Source: Bilabrum cf. latius (Eukaryota). From it: DNA of 64,000 nt. A program made the position numbers and the translations under genes. Position 1 is the stretch's first letter, and each line of letters begins with the position of its first letter. The notes below the pieces were generated by a model. The model had not been told where the DNA came from. It did not search any database and was given only the letters and a program-made list of their open reading frames with translations. The stretch spans positions 868,001 through 932,000 of the forward strand of contig OZ237759.1 in assembly GCA_965178125.1 (NCBI GenBank), read 5' to 3'. This document shows positions 26,156-38,279 of the stretch, piece by piece.

Positions 26156-27694
26156 TCAACTGCCACCAGCTCCTCCCGCAGGCGCGGACTCTGTGCCTGC
26201 TCCGCCAAAGAAAGCTTTCTTGTGCTTCTCGAAGCCCAACCACCTGTCCACCCCGTACTATGCGAAGTCAAAGTCAATGGGTGAGTGCCTGGCCTGCAGC
26301 ACCGACCATAGACCCCAGAACGCATTGGAGGCCAGTGCGAATTGGTCGATCGCGTGGCACAGGGCGTCATAGTCTGCATCTCCTCGAGGAAGCATGCCTG
26401 CCACCTTTGACACAAAATCGCTGGGCGAGTCCTCCTTGGCAGCCGCACGGACGGCCTCGCAGTACGCGCGCACAGTCGGCAGCTTCCGCAGCCCGGCTGG
26501 GTAGTCCTTGTCCACGCATGCCGCGAAATCGAAGCCAGCGTACTCGCAGAAATGGTTCGCCAGGTCGAATCCGAGAAAGTTGAACCACCCGTACTCGAAG
26601 TCGATGAGCTGCAGCCGACGCACCGTGCCGCCTCGGAGTGTATCGCCGCCCACCACCTCTCTCTTCGCTTCCATCCCTGCCCCCGCCTCCGCCTTGTCCT
26701 GCAACACGAGCATGTTGGCGCCCAAAAGGTCGTTGTGCGAGAACACGCGCTGCGACAGCAAAGCCCATGCTCGGCCTGCGCTGGCATCAAGCCCACCACA
26801 TGACTCCACCAAAGCCGCGCCAAGGCCGTTGTCAGGGCTGGGGAGCACGGTTCGCAGCCATTCGAGCTACTTGCGACAGGCCCCTACCCCAGTCCCGCTG
26901 AGCACCTCCTTGAGCTTGCTCGCCTTGGCGGCCTCGGCGGGGTCGCCCAGGTCAAACGTGACTTCCTCGGCCAGCTTGAGCCACAACTCCAGCGTATTCC
27001 ACAGGCCCGGCTCGAAAGTAGATTTTGGCAGCTTGGACCCCTGTTCTGATTCCTGTGCAGGGAGCGGGTGGAGCTGGTGCATGCTCAGGATGGCAGGGCC
27101 GAGGAACGGGACCACCGCCGGGTGACCCATCTCAGTGGGCTCCAGGGGCCGAGCTGGTACAAACCCTTCCAGCCTACCGTTAGCAAATCTGCCCCAATAC
27201 TTGGGGCCTACGCCCTTATCGCTCAGATAATGGAAGATTGCTGCGACAGAGGATGGGTACAAAATTTGGTCTGCGAGCTTGGAAAGATGGGAACCGTGCA
27301 ATGCAACGATGACATCACACGACTCACCATTATCTTGCTTTCTGTCTATTAATAGCTCGGTTTTAGCTCCAAATACTCGTGCCAAAACCTGTGTGACACG
27401 ATCACCAACAACAGGGGCTAACTCTACCAGGAATAGCATGTTCGTGATACCTCCTGATATCTGTTTCACCGCCATTCCCTCGGGCATAACGTCACATGTT
27501 GTTCCTTCTTCCCAACCAGGCATCAGATCTCTGCACACTTTCCAAAGACTTCCCAGCAGTTTGTGGGGCAACTCAGACTCTTTGCTAGAAGCAGCCACGT
27601 CCTCCGATAAGCAGGCTACATCTACAGCCAGATCACTGGCCACATCCTTAGTTAAGCACTGCGATTCGACTGCATCTGGCACCAAAGCTTGCAT
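26156..27694 (-). CDS. Choline/ethanolamine kinase; intron 27327..27241
   Basis: ISGGITNML, LARVFG...LIDR, GPKYWGRFANGRLEGF, Brenner motif FSHNDLLGANML, IDFEYG..N...FDLANHFCEYAG, FWGLWSVLQ. Two TAGs, TGA at 26156. Confidence 0.9.
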
Positions 27695-27896
27695 TTGTAA
27701 CCTTGGGTGGCCCGGAGATCGTTTACATGTTATATCGTTTTTTGTACCGTAACATTTTGATAACTGGTTAAAAAACGGATACAACACATATCTGGCCTTA
27801 TATACCTTTACAGATTCGGCAGTGCGCATCATTTTCTTGTGCAAGTATAGTCTGACTTGAGGTCGTTGGTTTACTAGCTTGGCTTGTCGCACGAGC

Positions 27897-30800
27897 ATGG
27901 CAGCTGTTGCAGCCGCTGGCGGCAACAGCGGCGCCTTGGGAAGCACAAAATCTGGAATCACCGCGAGAGGTGCCGGTTGGTTCTATGGGTTGCTTTGGAA
28001 ACAAGATGATATGAGATGCAGGGCGCCTCTTGTTCACACAGTGAGCCATGCCAAACTGGAGCTTCGAGAATTCTGGCTGACCTCGGCGGTATTTACGCCT
28101 CACACTTCTCTCTGCGCCTTTTCGCTCGCCGGCTCCCCTTTTCGTAGATAACTTTTTCGAACGGGAGGGCGCGCACATGGCTGTGTTCCGATGATACTGG
28201 CATGGTGCACCGGAGACCGCGGCTAAACGATCCGATCGAGGTGCAAGATCGTATTCATAGCCAAGCTATGATCAGCAAATCGAACATGGACGGCGCGGTT
28301 GCTGTGCTGCGAATGAGAGATGGCAGCTCTCGTACGGTTGGAGGGGACGAGCTGGAGCGAACCATGGCCTCCTGGCCAGATTGCCCTTCGCTGCTCGCAA
28401 TCCACGTTAGTAGCTTTTCCGACTGCGCCATGCACTGCATAGCTAGACATTATAATCGCTGTAATTCTGTGAATTGATCCTCTTAATGAGTGCTACCGCA
28501 GTCGTATATCCATTCACGGGGTGGTGATGGCACCGTATACCGGTGCAGGTTCAGTATGGTGCCAGGGCCCGATGGGCAGCTCCAGCCTGAGTTCGAAACC
28601 ACTCGAAGGCAGAGATACTTCGATTTCCTCCCTCCTGCGGATGCCGATGAGCATACGTCCGCGTCTCGGCACACCGACATCAATCGCCAGCTGCAGGAGT
28701 TGACAGTGGGTGTTGCCAGGCACCTTGAGATGGCCAGCGCAGGCCCGGGGGGCAGCCTGAAGGTGGCATCGATCGAGCTGGACTGGGCGTTCGACCAGGG
28801 ACAGGGCGGGGGCAACTGCTGGCTGCTGTGGCCCCACAGCATAGAGACCCGGGCGGGGCTGGGGCCCGTCCGAGGGGGGCGTGGCTCTCTGTCTGGGATG
28901 CAAGAGGGCAAGTCAGGGGCTGGGGCGGGTCGCGAGGGCAAGGAGGCAGAGGATATCGGCGGCTTGGATTCGGCTCTGTATGCCCGGGCGCGGGCTGCAG
29001 AGGCCTCAAAACAGCAGGAGGATTCTCTCAATGCGAGGTATTCGTCTTTGTGCCGGAGGGCAGAGGGCGACGGGTGGCGGGGGCGGGTGCTGGTGGCAGA
29101 TGCAGACATGGCGCTGGTGCTGCAGGTGACTGATGCTCTGGCCGCCGAGGGATACAGGGTGATGGTGTGCGCAAGCGGACCCAAGGCGCTCGAGCTGACG
29201 AGGCACCAGCCCTTCGACGCTCTGCTGCTGTCCACTGAGGTGGAGGGCCTCTCGGGGGTGGATGTGACTCGGGTGCTGCGGGAGCGAGAGTAGGGCATGC
29301 AGGGGGCAGGGCAGGACGGTTTGCCAGTTTTGCGACTGCCTGTGCTGGCCTTCACTGCTGCAACTGCCCCTGAAGACCTGCGGTCGTACATGGAGTGTGG
29401 CATGGACGGCTGCGTGGTAAAACCTCTCGAGATGGATACGCTGCTTTCTACCATCGCAGCAGCTGTGCCACCTCCGGAAGGTGGCCCCCCTCCCGCAGCA
29501 AGGGGTCCCCGTGCCAGAGGCAGGGACGCGGAGCGGCGGGCTGCCGCCTCTCAGCGGTCTATGGCCGAGGAAGAGACGAGGGCTTCGCTGCCGCCTGGAA
29601 TGGGCGGGCCCAGCGGCACTGCCATCACCCCGTTCCGAGGATCGGGGCCCCAGGAACAGGTCCCTGTGTCTCCCATGCAGGCTCCATCTGCGGGTGTCAG
29701 CTTTGCCTCCAGGGAACCGCAAGGCAGCGGTCGTAAGACTCCTGTGGGCGGCCGCCTGCAGCCCATCCGAGGGCAGGCCGGGGCTTCTACCGGTCCCAGG
29801 GGCGCCCTATCGCTACCTGTCGCTGGCGGCGGTGGGGCACGCGGAGCCACCGGTGGAGGGGGCGGAGTGAGCACGGACGAGACCCACGGGGTGTTCCAAC
29901 TGGATGCGGAGACCGCCATTCCGTACACTGTCCTTGGCAAGGTACGAGACGATGCCCCATTGTTTCACTTCGTGGTATGCCAGGACCTCTTCGACACGTG
30001 CGAGAGCTACTAGATCTTCTTCCGGGCCATCTGCTCCAAGTACCCGGGCCTGAGGGTGCTCATGTTCAACTACCCGGGACAGGCATTTACGGAATGGAGG
30101 CGGGACGCCCTGCTTAACAACGAGTACTTAGCAGGAGTCATGCAGGCGCTGCTGGTGCACACGTCAGCTGGAGGCACCAATGAATTCGGTCTGGACGGGG
30201 GCAATTCCCCGTTCTATGTCCTGGGATATGGGTTTGGTGGCTCTGTGGCTAGTTTCTTTGCCTCTAGATACCACGGAGCTCACCCCAATCTGAGGGGTCT
30301 GCTGCTGGTGAACGGGGCGACGTACGTGGATGCCCACCTGGCCGGTGTGCTGCACGACTGCATGAACGTGTTCGCATGCTCGCCGCCATCGAGGCCAGAC
30401 CTGCCCGTGTACTTCTTCTCTCGGTTTCTCTTCAGCCCTCAGTATCTAGGCAAGGTTGGTGCGCCGCTCGCCCTCAACCTGTACACGGCCGTCAATAATC
30501 CCATCTCGCTCGAGGGTAGGGTTTAGCTGTGCCAGGGTGCTCTGTCTGCCATCGACTGCCGCGATGCACTCGAGGCTATGCCGGTGCCTGTGGTTGCAGT
30601 GGCGTGCTCTAGGGATGCTCTTGTGAAGCCAACTCAGGTGCAGGCGCTCGTGGCGGCCCGCGGAGGCGAGGAGCGATCGCTCAAGCGAGCCCTCAAAGCT
30701 CGGAAACGAGTGTGCGTGATTTGGCTGCGTTCTGGTCACGAGGTGTGGCAGGAGGCGCGCCGCCCCATGACTCACCTAATCGAGTAGCTCGCCACGGGGT

Positions 30801-33800
30801 ACCACGAGAAGCACGACGTGGCCTTCCTGCCGCTGGCGGCAGACCATGACGACACGAAGGGCGGAGGCTCCTTGGCCGTGGCTGCTGCAGAGCAGGGGTC
30901 CCACTACGCTGCCCGAAGGCAGGAAGCTGGACTCGCGGGAAATGCCGCAGATCGCGCGCGGGCGAGGGCCGCCGCCCTTGGCGCCGAAGTTCAAGGAGCC
31001 GGAGGGCTGGGGGCCACCGAGGAGTCCACGGGCCAGATTGGAGGCGTGCCAGGCTAGCCTCGAATGTACGAAGACAGGTACATTGACTCGGTGGTGGGTG
31101 CCGTACGCGCGGCGAGGGGCTAGGACGGCACCGTTACGGGGGCGCCATCGGGTGCGATGCAGTTGGAGGACGCCCCGGCTGCGCTTGCAGCCCCACCTGC
31201 CGTGCCCACGGGGCTACTCAAGGGCACCTCTAGAGCCAAACCGATCGGAGAAACCGGAACAGGAGGACCAGCAGGCGGCACTCGCAGGGGATCTGTGTCT
31301 GGTGGCATGTCACCATCGAAGCGGAGGCGCGAGGAGGCTCAATCAATGGCCCTGAGCCTGAGTTTGGACCCGGAGATGGCTGCTTTCGATAGGAAGGACA
31401 AAGCGCAGGTGATGGCAGAGGGAGGGGCTCAGACCGCCAAGGGTGAGAAGGCTCCGGTGGTGAAGGAGTTCATGCAGTGGAGGGTGCGCAGGAACAGGAA
31501 GCGGCTGCTTAGGATTGAGGCGTGCGCTGTGCAGATCTAGAGGTGCTGGCGTGCCTACCTAGCCCGCACGCTGGTTGCGCGGATGCGGCAGCAGCGCGCT
31601 GCGATGACTGTGCAGCGGTTCTGGAGGGGTTGCCTTGGTCGGTTTGCTGCCGAAGAGAGGCGCCGCGAGATTTGGGCCGCACGCGTGGTACAGAAGTACT
31701 GGCGAGGCTTCCAAGGCCGCACTATGGCGTGGAGGATGCGGACAGAGGAGCAGGCAGCTAGGCAGATCCAGCGTGTGTGGCGTGGGTGGCGCGCCATGCG
31801 ATTCGTGCGAATGCTTCAGGAGACCCGCCGGCAGTCCGCAATCAAGGTCCAAGCGATGTGGAGACGGCGGGCTGCGGTTCGGCGTGCGTGGTAGATGCGG
31901 GACCAGAACAACGCGGCTGTCAACATCCAGAGAGTATTCCGCGGGTATCTCGGGAGGTGCCGCGCCCGACGCGAAAGAGACCGATTTCTGTTTTCAAAAA
32001 GTCAGGCGCAAGGCATCGAGTTTGGGCGGCAGATGCTGCTTGAGCACCGGCTGCACGGCACCAAGCTGCAAAGCGAAGTGGCTCTCTTGACCAAAGAGAA
32101 GCTCGAGACGGAAGAGCAGGTGGAGGCGGTGCTCGCAGAGATCGCCACCTTCGAGAGCGGGGTCCGAGCCCTCGAGAAAGAGATGACAGAGCTGTCTAGG
32201 GCAGAGGCGGAGGCTGCGGGAACGCTTGACGAGGAGAGCAAGGCAGAGCTGCGAGAGAACAAGATGCGCCTGGATCGGGAGTTTGGTCAGATGCTGGTGC
32301 GAATCGCAGACCGGAGAGAGAAACTACAGTCGCTGGAGCGGAAGCTACAGGCACTCGACCGCGCTCGCCAAGGCAAGAAGGAGGAGCTGGCTGACTTGGA
32401 GAGGAAGCTGGTAGTGCTTCTGGAAGAGCAGCAGCGAGAGCTTCGCGCCATCAAACAGCGGCAGGCCAAGCGAGGCGAGCAGCTGGTGGATGATGCCGTA
32501 GATGCAGTGACGTCTGAGTTTGCGAAGGGCAAGGCAGGGGCCCCGAGACTCGAGAACGGACAGGCAGCTGGTGGGGGGTAGCTCGCCCTCGCGAATGGTC
32601 GTGGCGTTGGAGATGGCGAGGTGCCCACGCTGGTGCCAATGTCTGGCGGCAGTGGGGGGGCGACTAGCGGCGCCGGTGGTCCGACGCCGCAGCAGCGGGC
32701 GGAGGCTAATGCGCTCATGGCGTCAACTGAGACGATGATGAAGTTTGGTTTCATGAGCATGAGCCTGACGTACTTTAGCTCGCTGAACATGATCCGGGCC
32801 ATGAGGAAGGTGGGCGCAGCTAACACGGTGCTGTCAGCCCCGTCCATGGGGGGAGGCGGGGCCGCTGGCCTGCTCGCAGCGATGGCAAGCGGGGGCGGAG
32901 GAGCCGGGCCCAACCCCCTGGCAGCGCTGGCTGCCGGTGGATAGCTGCCGCAGCTGCCTCCTGCAGCGTTGGGAGCGACGAGCAGCACGTTCCAGCCCCC
33001 CAGCGCGCTAACTGCCGCTGGAGCAGGAAGGATGGGCGGAGGTGATGTCTCGCTGTGGACGGTCAGCGATGTGAGCTCGTGGCTGGACACGCTGGCCCTG
33101 GGCCAGTATAGGGATGCATTTGCAGATGCAGCCGTGGATGGGGCCTTCCTCTTCGACCTGACGGACGACGACTTGCGGTCCACTCTGGGCATCGAGCACG
33201 CGCTGCACCGCAAGAAGATCCTGGGAGCAGTGCGTCGGCTCAAGGAGGAGCACGACACCAGCAAGGCAGGGCTGGGTGGGGCGGGGGGTGCACCGGCCGG
33301 GCATGGACACGGTCATGGAGGCCCGTCCCACATGCCTGCAACCAGCACTGGCCCTTCCACGGGATAGGCATCTTCCGGGGGACAGCCTCCACCTAGTGCT
33401 GGCGGGGCCAGACCTGGCACTAGGGCAGGCGACGGTGCAGGGTCTGGCGCAGGCGATGCAGGCGCCCTGCGCTTACCTGACCTGATGAGCTGGGTGCGAC
33501 ACAACAAGGGAAGGAAGCTCAGCGAGGCGCTTCGGCCCTTGAGAGACCAGCGGTTCGAGAAATCGACGGTGAAGCACGCCTACGTTCCTGGATTCGGCAC
33601 CCAGTACGATGACGCCGTGGCCCAGCAGCCCTTCCACGTGAACCAGGCCGACGACCACGGCAACTCGCTGCTGCTGGTCGCAGCGCAAAATGGGAACCAA
33701 AGGCTCGCTCAGCTGCTTGTGCGAAAGGGGGCCAACGTAGATCACTAGAACAACGCGGGCAACACGGCGTTGCACTACGCCATGGCATACGATTACCACG

Positions 33801-33895
33801 AGCTGGGAGAGTGGTTGGCAGATCCGGATGGAGGGGGGGCGGATGACACGGTTCTGAATTCTGACGGCCAAGGGCCATACGATGGTATTGCATGA
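27897..33895 (+). CDS. Multidomain signalling protein: pseudo-receiver (REC) + alpha/beta-hydrolase fold + 6 IQ motifs + coiled coil + SAM + ankyrin (~1930 aa); exons 27897-28040, 28148-28405, 28502-33895
   Basis: REC: RVLVAD...GYRV...SGPKALE...FDALLLS...GLSGVDV...PVLAFTA...GMDGCVVKP. Hydrolase: FNYPGQ, LGYGFGG, SGHEV. IQ: QI[TAG]RCWRAYLAR and five more. SAM: WTVSDVSSWL...GQYRDAF...VDGAFL...HRKKIL. Ankyrin: GNSLLLVAAQNG, GANVDH[TAG]NNAGNTALHYA. 12 TAG joins. Confidence 0.85.
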
Positions 33896-34268
33896 TATCG
33901 ACTTTCTCTTCGTGCTTTTGTCTTACCGAGTTCGACATGGCATGCACCCTGGCATTAACCGGTGCCTCAATTGTTGTGATACCCCGCGTAGCAAGCGTGG
34001 CGCTCCCAGTGGCACCAGCACACACTAAGCATTCTAGCCGATCGGTCCATCAGTAGCAAATAGAGGGGTGCGGTAGAGGGATGAGGTCTGGCCCAGCTTT
34101 GTAGTCTGGTATCCCCGCATTTTCGATTCAGTTTTGGATCTCCTTCTCCACGCGAACGAAGGTCGAATGATAATAATAAATATGCACTTCTGTGAAGCAA
34201 TAAATCGTGTTTTGGTCGCCAGCAACCTGAAGGTACTTTTCAAATATTTCCTGCCACGCCAGTAATTG

Positions 34269-37200
34269 ATGGACCGTTTGGCAGTAACAATGCAGTAGAA
34301 GTAGTAGTAGCAGATTGCACGAGCTGTGGCGAGACGGCAAGCCGGTCCCAGCCGTCCACCCCGTCCGATACAACACCCTGCACGATATTAGAGTAATCAA
34401 AACTAGTAGCTACTGGACACACCAATCCTAAGGGCTCGGCGGCGGCGCCAGCTGGCAGCTGTAAGGGAGGCCATTGACAGCTGCCAGCTGAAGGCGAAGA
34501 TGACAGATTCCGCAGATCGCTTGCGCGAATCAAGTGGATCCATATCATACTTTGATGCAGTGGAAACGTGCAGTGCATGGTTGCGATGTGCTGAAGCAGC
34601 TGGAACTAAGGATTTCGGTATTTGGAGCGAAGCTTTGGGTGCTGACCGCCGAGACCTTGCAGCCATGGATCTTGCGCATCGGTCATTCGATTCGCTGAGT
34701 GCATATTTTCTGGAGCAATTTACTGCCTATGGGCTTGTCTTCTAGCCGGCAAGCAAACTGTCCGGTGGTGCAACCCCAACCCAGCGGTAGCTCGAACCAC
34801 GTGATGAGGAGCAATCCATCCACAGTGCGCTGCTGGAGCTCTAGCGATGTGATGCGCTACGAAAATTCAGCCAAAGTTCGTTGAAGACTCTTGCTGTTGC
34901 AATTCATTCCTCCTTGAGGCTGATTCGTGTTTGCAGATGGGCTGCCGGGACCCTAGATGCCGGCACAAGGATCGCTGCGGTGCTGCCCTGGCTCGCCGAT
35001 CCTGCTGCACATCGGAGAACCCCTCCCCTTGGTGCCGCAGGTGCGATTTCAGCAGATGCTCCAAAATCCAAATATGCATTGTAGACTCGATTGGCATCGG
35101 TTGGAAGTGCCGCCAGATTGCTTCGATCTGCCATCAAGGCCAAGCGCCCATCAGAACTGTTGGCGCTTTCTCCATTGGGGCAAGCGTTGTGGGACATGAT
35201 TGCCCCAGGAAGCGAAGAGAGTACTCAATTCGACACCTGGGAAGGAGCTGTAGTCAGTGAGCTGCTTCCCCATGCCGATGCGCTGGCCAGCTACGACTGG
35301 AAGGCTGCCGCGTCCGGCCACCGACTCGCGGGAAGAAGCTCGCGGGCTGGAGAGCCTGGCAGGAGAATGACGTGGATGGATATGATACAAGCGCATGGTC
35401 GTCCATTGGTCCGGCTGGCTGAGGCAATGAGTCATGCAAGCAAAAGCCGAGCTGAACATGACATTGTCGCCAGCGTGAGTTCGCCAGCAGATAACCAGGC
35501 AGTGATGGACGATATGCGTGGCTTGCTGGAAGTCATAGGTGCTGCTTGGGGCTTAGATTCGTTCGTTTAGAGCATAGCCTCCAGGCGTTCAGGTGGGCCA
35601 GAGGCGTCCAGCGGCACCTCGTCTGTGGCGCATCCAGCGGGTCCCGCAGCCCATTCCATGCCGGTTGCACTATGGGACTCTATGTACAGTCGTTCGGTAG
35701 ATTTGATGCGCGCTTTCAACAGCATTGTGCGGAGTGCACCAATTGCAGGCAGCGGCAGCCCAGGCGCGCATCGAGAATCCGTAGAGAACCCTGAGACTTC
35801 ATCGACGAAACTGGCCTTGTAGCTGCGACAAGTTCTCAGCCACCAAATGGATGGAGTCTGCATTGACGACATGCCCATCCTACGCGTGAAGGAATTAGTC
35901 ATCTCAATTATTTCGAGCCATCGGTCCTCTGGCGATGCGGCCTCGTCAGGGGCTGCCAGTACTGTTCCAATACAAGACGAGGTCTGTGCGAGCTGGGTGC
36001 AAGTCAGGGATGATGACGGCGATGAGTTTTTCTTCAAAGAAGACGATGGCAGGTCGGAGTGGGTTCTTCCGGCTGGCGAGCTTGGTCAAGCGCTCGATGG
36101 CTCCTACCAGATAGGAGACTACATTGACATGCCCCAGGCAGCTTGCGTTTGTTTGCTCCTCGGCCTTGCTGGATCCTTGCTGCAGCAGGGGCTCCCATAC
36201 GCAGATAGGGACCAGTTGCTCAACCTACTCTTCGTTCGATCCAGTGCTGATGTGATCACAAACGCCCTTAAGCGGGACCAGTTCGTTGCAGATGAGGCTA
36301 TAGCCCGGATGCTCCTTGAGGCTCGCCGCGGTGCGCATGCAGCAAAGGCGGTTGCCTCAACTGCAGCAGCTGGCAGCAGCGGTGCAGTCAGCACGGAAAA
36401 TGATAGTGCATATGCACTGGTAGCCTCTCGTTGGGTGCTTCATCCTGCATGCAAGTGGTCGAGTCTGCAGCAAGCGTTAGATTTCGCGTCCAGTTGCAGC
36501 ACGACTGACGTGACTGCAACAGGATCTGCCGCTGCATTGATTCTTGGAATGGCTTGCAACGAGCTGGTCTGCGCACAAGGTCCAGCGAACCGCCGTTTCA
36601 TCGCTGAGCGCTGTATCTGGATGCTGCTGCATGTAGATGGTAGCATGCTCATGCCGAGTGTGCAACCTGCAGTACTCGCGAAGCTCTGCAGAATCTGCCG
36701 AGCTCAAGTAGCCAAGACGGGCAGCCCTGTACTGTCAAAGACAGTCATGTCCCTGCAAAAAGCTAGAGATGCCTCACTTGGCACGGGGAGGGGAGATGCA
36801 TGCCCAGTTGTAGATTGCCTTGCGCAATACTCTCGCCTAGCGTCCCCTGGCGCACCTACTGGTTCGAATGCTGCTGTTGCAGGGGATATGCAAAGGGGCC
36901 AAACTTTGCCTGGAATGATGCGCTACTTCCTATCACCAGATCACTCTGACTTCACTATCATTTGTAGGCCAAACCAGCCAAGTTTCGATCAGGCCAGCGG
37001 GCATGCAAGCGGGTCCTCAGCAATCGCATCTGACTCTGCGGCGCCATACTCAGCCCCTACTAGGATTCCCTGCCATCGGATAGTGCTCGGATCTGCCTCT
37101 CCTTACTTCGATGCTATGCTAGACTCGGAATTTCAAGAAGTTGCAAGTAAGGAATCGGTGTTGCGAGGCACAGACAGAGCAGTGCGGGTGCTGTTGGCTG

Positions 37201-37766
37201 CGGTCTACACAGGCACCGGCTCCTGTCGCAGGCCTGAGAACCGAAGTGACCTGCAAGACGCGGTGGTGCATGCACTCATTGCTGAGTCGATTTCACCGGA
37301 TGGTTCGTTACACAGTGACAAGATACGGTGTTCTACGTATGACTTGTCCGTCGCAGTCCTGCTCGAGGTGATCGAGCTGGCTCACATGCTGCAGGCACCA
37401 GCAGTGAGCCTGGCAGCAAGCTCGGTGCTACGGGCAATATGTGTGCCTACGCGAGCAAAGCAGGTTGTCGATTCCGTGTGGTACATTTGCGAGGCAATAG
37501 CAAGTCGGTGCGGATCATCGCCCCCGACTACTTCATCCGAATCCGAAGAATCTGGATTTGGAGATGCATCACCACGACTGATCGGAACGCAGAAGCAGGT
37601 GCGTGACGTGATCCAAGGCGCAGCAAGCTCGCCATTTTGGGAGTGCTCCATTGAGGCTGCTCTCTTATCCTTGGAGTACCCCTCCTCTACCCCAACAGAT
37701 ACAGAAACGACCGCGCCAAACGTGTTCCAGTCGGTGGGCCTCATGCTGGTAGCGATGGCGACTTGA
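34269..37766 (+). CDS. WW- and BTB/POZ-domain protein (~1165 aa) with an N-terminal poly-Gln
   Basis: WW-like WVQVRDDDGDEFFFKEDDGRSEWVLP; BTB HSDFTII...IPCHRIVLGSASPYFDAMLDSEFQE...LLAAVYTG. The N-terminus reads ATG CAG TAG AAG TAG TAG TAG CAG. Single frame to TGA. Confidence 0.75.
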
Positions 37767-38279
37767 CACTGCGTAAGCGGATCTCCTTCGACAGCAACCG
37801 CCAAAGATTGATTACTAGCCTGCATTTCCGATAGCTGAGCCTCATGCTAATCAATCACCAGCTACATTTAGCTCAGATCCAAGTAGATACGACGAACAGC
37901 AGAACGTGGACGCCTCCACATCAACAGGGAGACATATAGAAGGGTGGTAGGCGGTTCCTAGCTCACACGGAGTGAGTAGAAGGCTGTTTTGACCTATCCG
38001 ACTGGTCAACAGTCACTACGGTACAGACACGGTGCATTACGGCGTGCCTTAAATAATTAGCGAAAGTCCACCGTCTCGGTCATCCTGTGTCTCACCCATC
38101 CGGATTCCGGATTGGTAGGATCCCCAAACATCCGGACTATGCTTTTCCATATAAATAAGATCAGGAATTAGGGGCTGATACCGGGTACCTGTACACACAA
38201 AAGAGTAGCATGATCTGAAGGGCTAGGTCGCGATGCAATCCATACTGATGCCCGAACACTTGCCACCACGCTCAATGCC

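Noticed and set aside
16517-33895. Bacterial origin or contamination suggested by the Cache/HAMP, receiver and DUF1800/1501 domains
   Set aside because: These genes are interleaved with intron-containing eukaryotic genes and share the TAG=Gln code.
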